A stretch of DNA of 64,000 nucleotides from Haliotis cracherodii (lineage: Eukaryota). The stretch is from assembly GCF_022045235.1 (NCBI RefSeq), contig NW_027266271.1:24180001-24244000 (forward strand), read 5' to 3'. A model generated the notes under the pieces. The model searched no databases, was not told the origin of the DNA, and saw only the letters and a program-made list of their open reading frames with translations. Each line of letters starts with the position of its first letter. Position 1 is the stretch's first letter. Shown one piece after another: positions 62,149 through 64,000 of the stretch. Both the position numbers and the translations under genes were made by a program.

Positions 62149-62925
62149 TTATTTCTTGCAATCCTTCTTGTGACCTGGCCAATCCTTTCGCTGGCATTCC
62201 CTGTTGCAGTAAGCCACCTTCAAACATCCTACGCATCTTTTGCACTGACTGGACACCTTGCCACAGCTGCTGCAGCTATTATCCGAAGCTTCCTGCCTGG
62301 ACGTGCCGCTCTGACAGGGGGCTGCTCCCCCTTGTCTAGGGGTTACTGTCTTTGGATATCCGCTGTAGCCAGGGAAGTGTTTCCTCATTTCTTCGTACAA
62401 CTCGTCCACTGTTTCCTTTGAGACTTCTCTATCGTGCATATCAGTCAGCATCCTATGAATTTGTTCTTTTGCATCTGAACAATATTTAAAGATAGTAATA
62501 ATGGTTAGCATGTTTATCATCATAATTATACTGATGGAAGGAATTAAGGAACACTCAAATTAATGCCTTCATAGAAGTGCGATGACTGGATGTCATTACG
62601 GCATCAACTGTGTTCACTATTTGGCCGAATAATGTGACTTGTGACTTATCGAAGGCAGACAAAGCAAGAAGTAGATATACGTCATCGGGTCCGACACACA
62701 ATTCTCATATGTACTGGCTGCAGGTTTTAAATACTTACTGTCTTGGTCTGCAGGAAAATCCCCATATTTCGCACTCAGATTCACTTCATTCACTAATAAC
62801 CGGAATGCGAGATAGTTGTAGCGAGGTCGTACGTAGGTTCTGAACATCCAGCGGACCTCGTCGCGGCCTTCCTGTTGAAGACGTGAGCTGTTCAGTCTCA
62901 GTATCCTGGACAATATCTCATAACC
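62149..62925 (-). CDS. Last two exons of a protein with a C-terminal MYND-type zinc finger (5' part outside the window or not found)
   Basis: Exon 62925-62739 (ctccag|GGT TAT GAG...GAC A|gtaagt) splices in phase 1 to 62474-62149 (ttcag|AT GCA...). It ends CSSC-x10-CVGC-x4-YCNREC-QRKD-W-x2-H-x3-CKK*, the zf-MYND pattern. Confidence 0.85.
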
Positions 62926-62999
62926 CTGGAGAACAAATATCTAACATACAGTGGAACTCAGAAGCAGGACAGTACCCTTCACAAAGAAATCGTCATTCA

Positions 63000-64000
63000 A
63001 CAAGTTTCTAAAAAATAGAAAGAAAGAAATATATTGTGGTTTCACCGATTTCAAAAAAACAACTTTTGGCAATGTTTGGCTTATAGGTTTATAAGCACAA
63101 GGTATTGATGGGAAACGTATTCGTATTATTGTTAGTATGTACGATGGCATTAAATCATGTGTGTGTGTGTGTGTGTGTGTGTGTACAAAAGGTGTATGTT
63201 CTGAACAATTCCCTTGTCTTGGTGGTGTTCGACAAGGGGAAAATGTGTCTCCAATGTTGTTTTCATTGTTTCTATACGATCTGGAAGCATTATTTTATTC
63301 TCAAAACTGTCGTAGTTTTTTATATAATCTTAGTCACTTAATTGTCTGTTAGATCCCTCCGTTGTGTTTTTCGCATTGCTATATGCAGATGATACTGTTT
63401 TGTCAGCTTTTAATCATCAAAATTTGGATTTACTGTAAAATATGGAGGTTGCATATATCAATACTAGTAAAAGATAAATAGGAGTTTTTGGTGGTACAAA
63501 AAGAGACAAGACTAAACATATATTAATAAATGTCTCACCAATCGAATGTGTTAACGATTATAAATATCTTGGTATTCATTTCACAAACAATAAATCTATT
63601 CAAACCTTTACAAATGCAAATTGTGAATCTGCCACTAAGGTCATGTACTTTGTATTACATACATGAAGAAACTTAATCTATCAATAAAGCTATATCTCTT
63701 CGGTTCTATGGTAAAACCAATTCTATAATTTGGTTGTGAATATTGAATCTGTTTATGTTAATGTTTGACGTAAATTACTTCCCATAAACAAAACTACACC
63801 TTTATACATGTTAAAAGGAGAACTTTGAAGAGTACCTTTAATAAACTCTAGTAAATGTCGAATCGTATGTTTTGAGGCCGAGCTCCTATCTAGCAAGGAA
63901 TAAAAATTAACAAGAATCCGATATCAAATGTTATATAATGAATAGGTACAAACAATAGCTGTCATAAATGGATAGAATGTTTGGAAAGTATTTTAAAGAG
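63000..64000 (+). mobile_element. Degenerate LINE reverse transcriptase fragment
   Basis: FTDFKK, GIDGK, GVRQGENVSPMLFSLFLYDLE, LLYADDTVL, YCKIWRLHINTSK and YKYLGIHF motifs, with frameshifts and a (GT)n insertion. Confidence 0.85.

Overview
Eukaryotic, AT-rich, repeat-dense genomic DNA with GT-AG introns. The SINE, LINE and Penelope-like content suggests a marine invertebrate, probably a gastropod mollusc (inference, not provable here). Most ORF-track entries are spurious or single exons. Splicing by hand reveals a cluster of one uncharacterised gene family. Each complete member has a signal-peptide exon followed by 8 exons that each encode exactly three cysteines, with intron phases alternating 1-2-1-2-1-2-1-2. 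This gives four tandem 6-Cys modules, 24 Cys and about 400 aa. Gene A (+, 2789-11986; exon 1 not found) ends in a hydrophobic, GPI-signal-like tail. Genes B (-, 21144-12838), B' (-, 37605-28269) and C (-, 58615-47338) look secreted and end in -IG. A ~15.6-16.3 kb block (3' half of A, whole B, 5' part of a LINE) is tandemly triplicated with an identical LINE/SINE breakpoint. This produced two truncated A pseudogenes and a ~40 bp B remnant. Gene B has captured the last exon of gene C. An 18-copy 54-bp minisatellite is built from an exon/donor junction of C. The right end holds the last two exons of a MYND zinc-finger gene. Mobile elements are degenerate Tc1, a TTAA-flanked piggyBac-like non-autonomous element, APE-type LINEs (one with a 2A-like NPGP motif), R4/Dong-like and Penelope-like fragments, and several SINE families. 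There are two N gaps (35069-35197, 55725-55906). All gene models are manual and lack transcript support.
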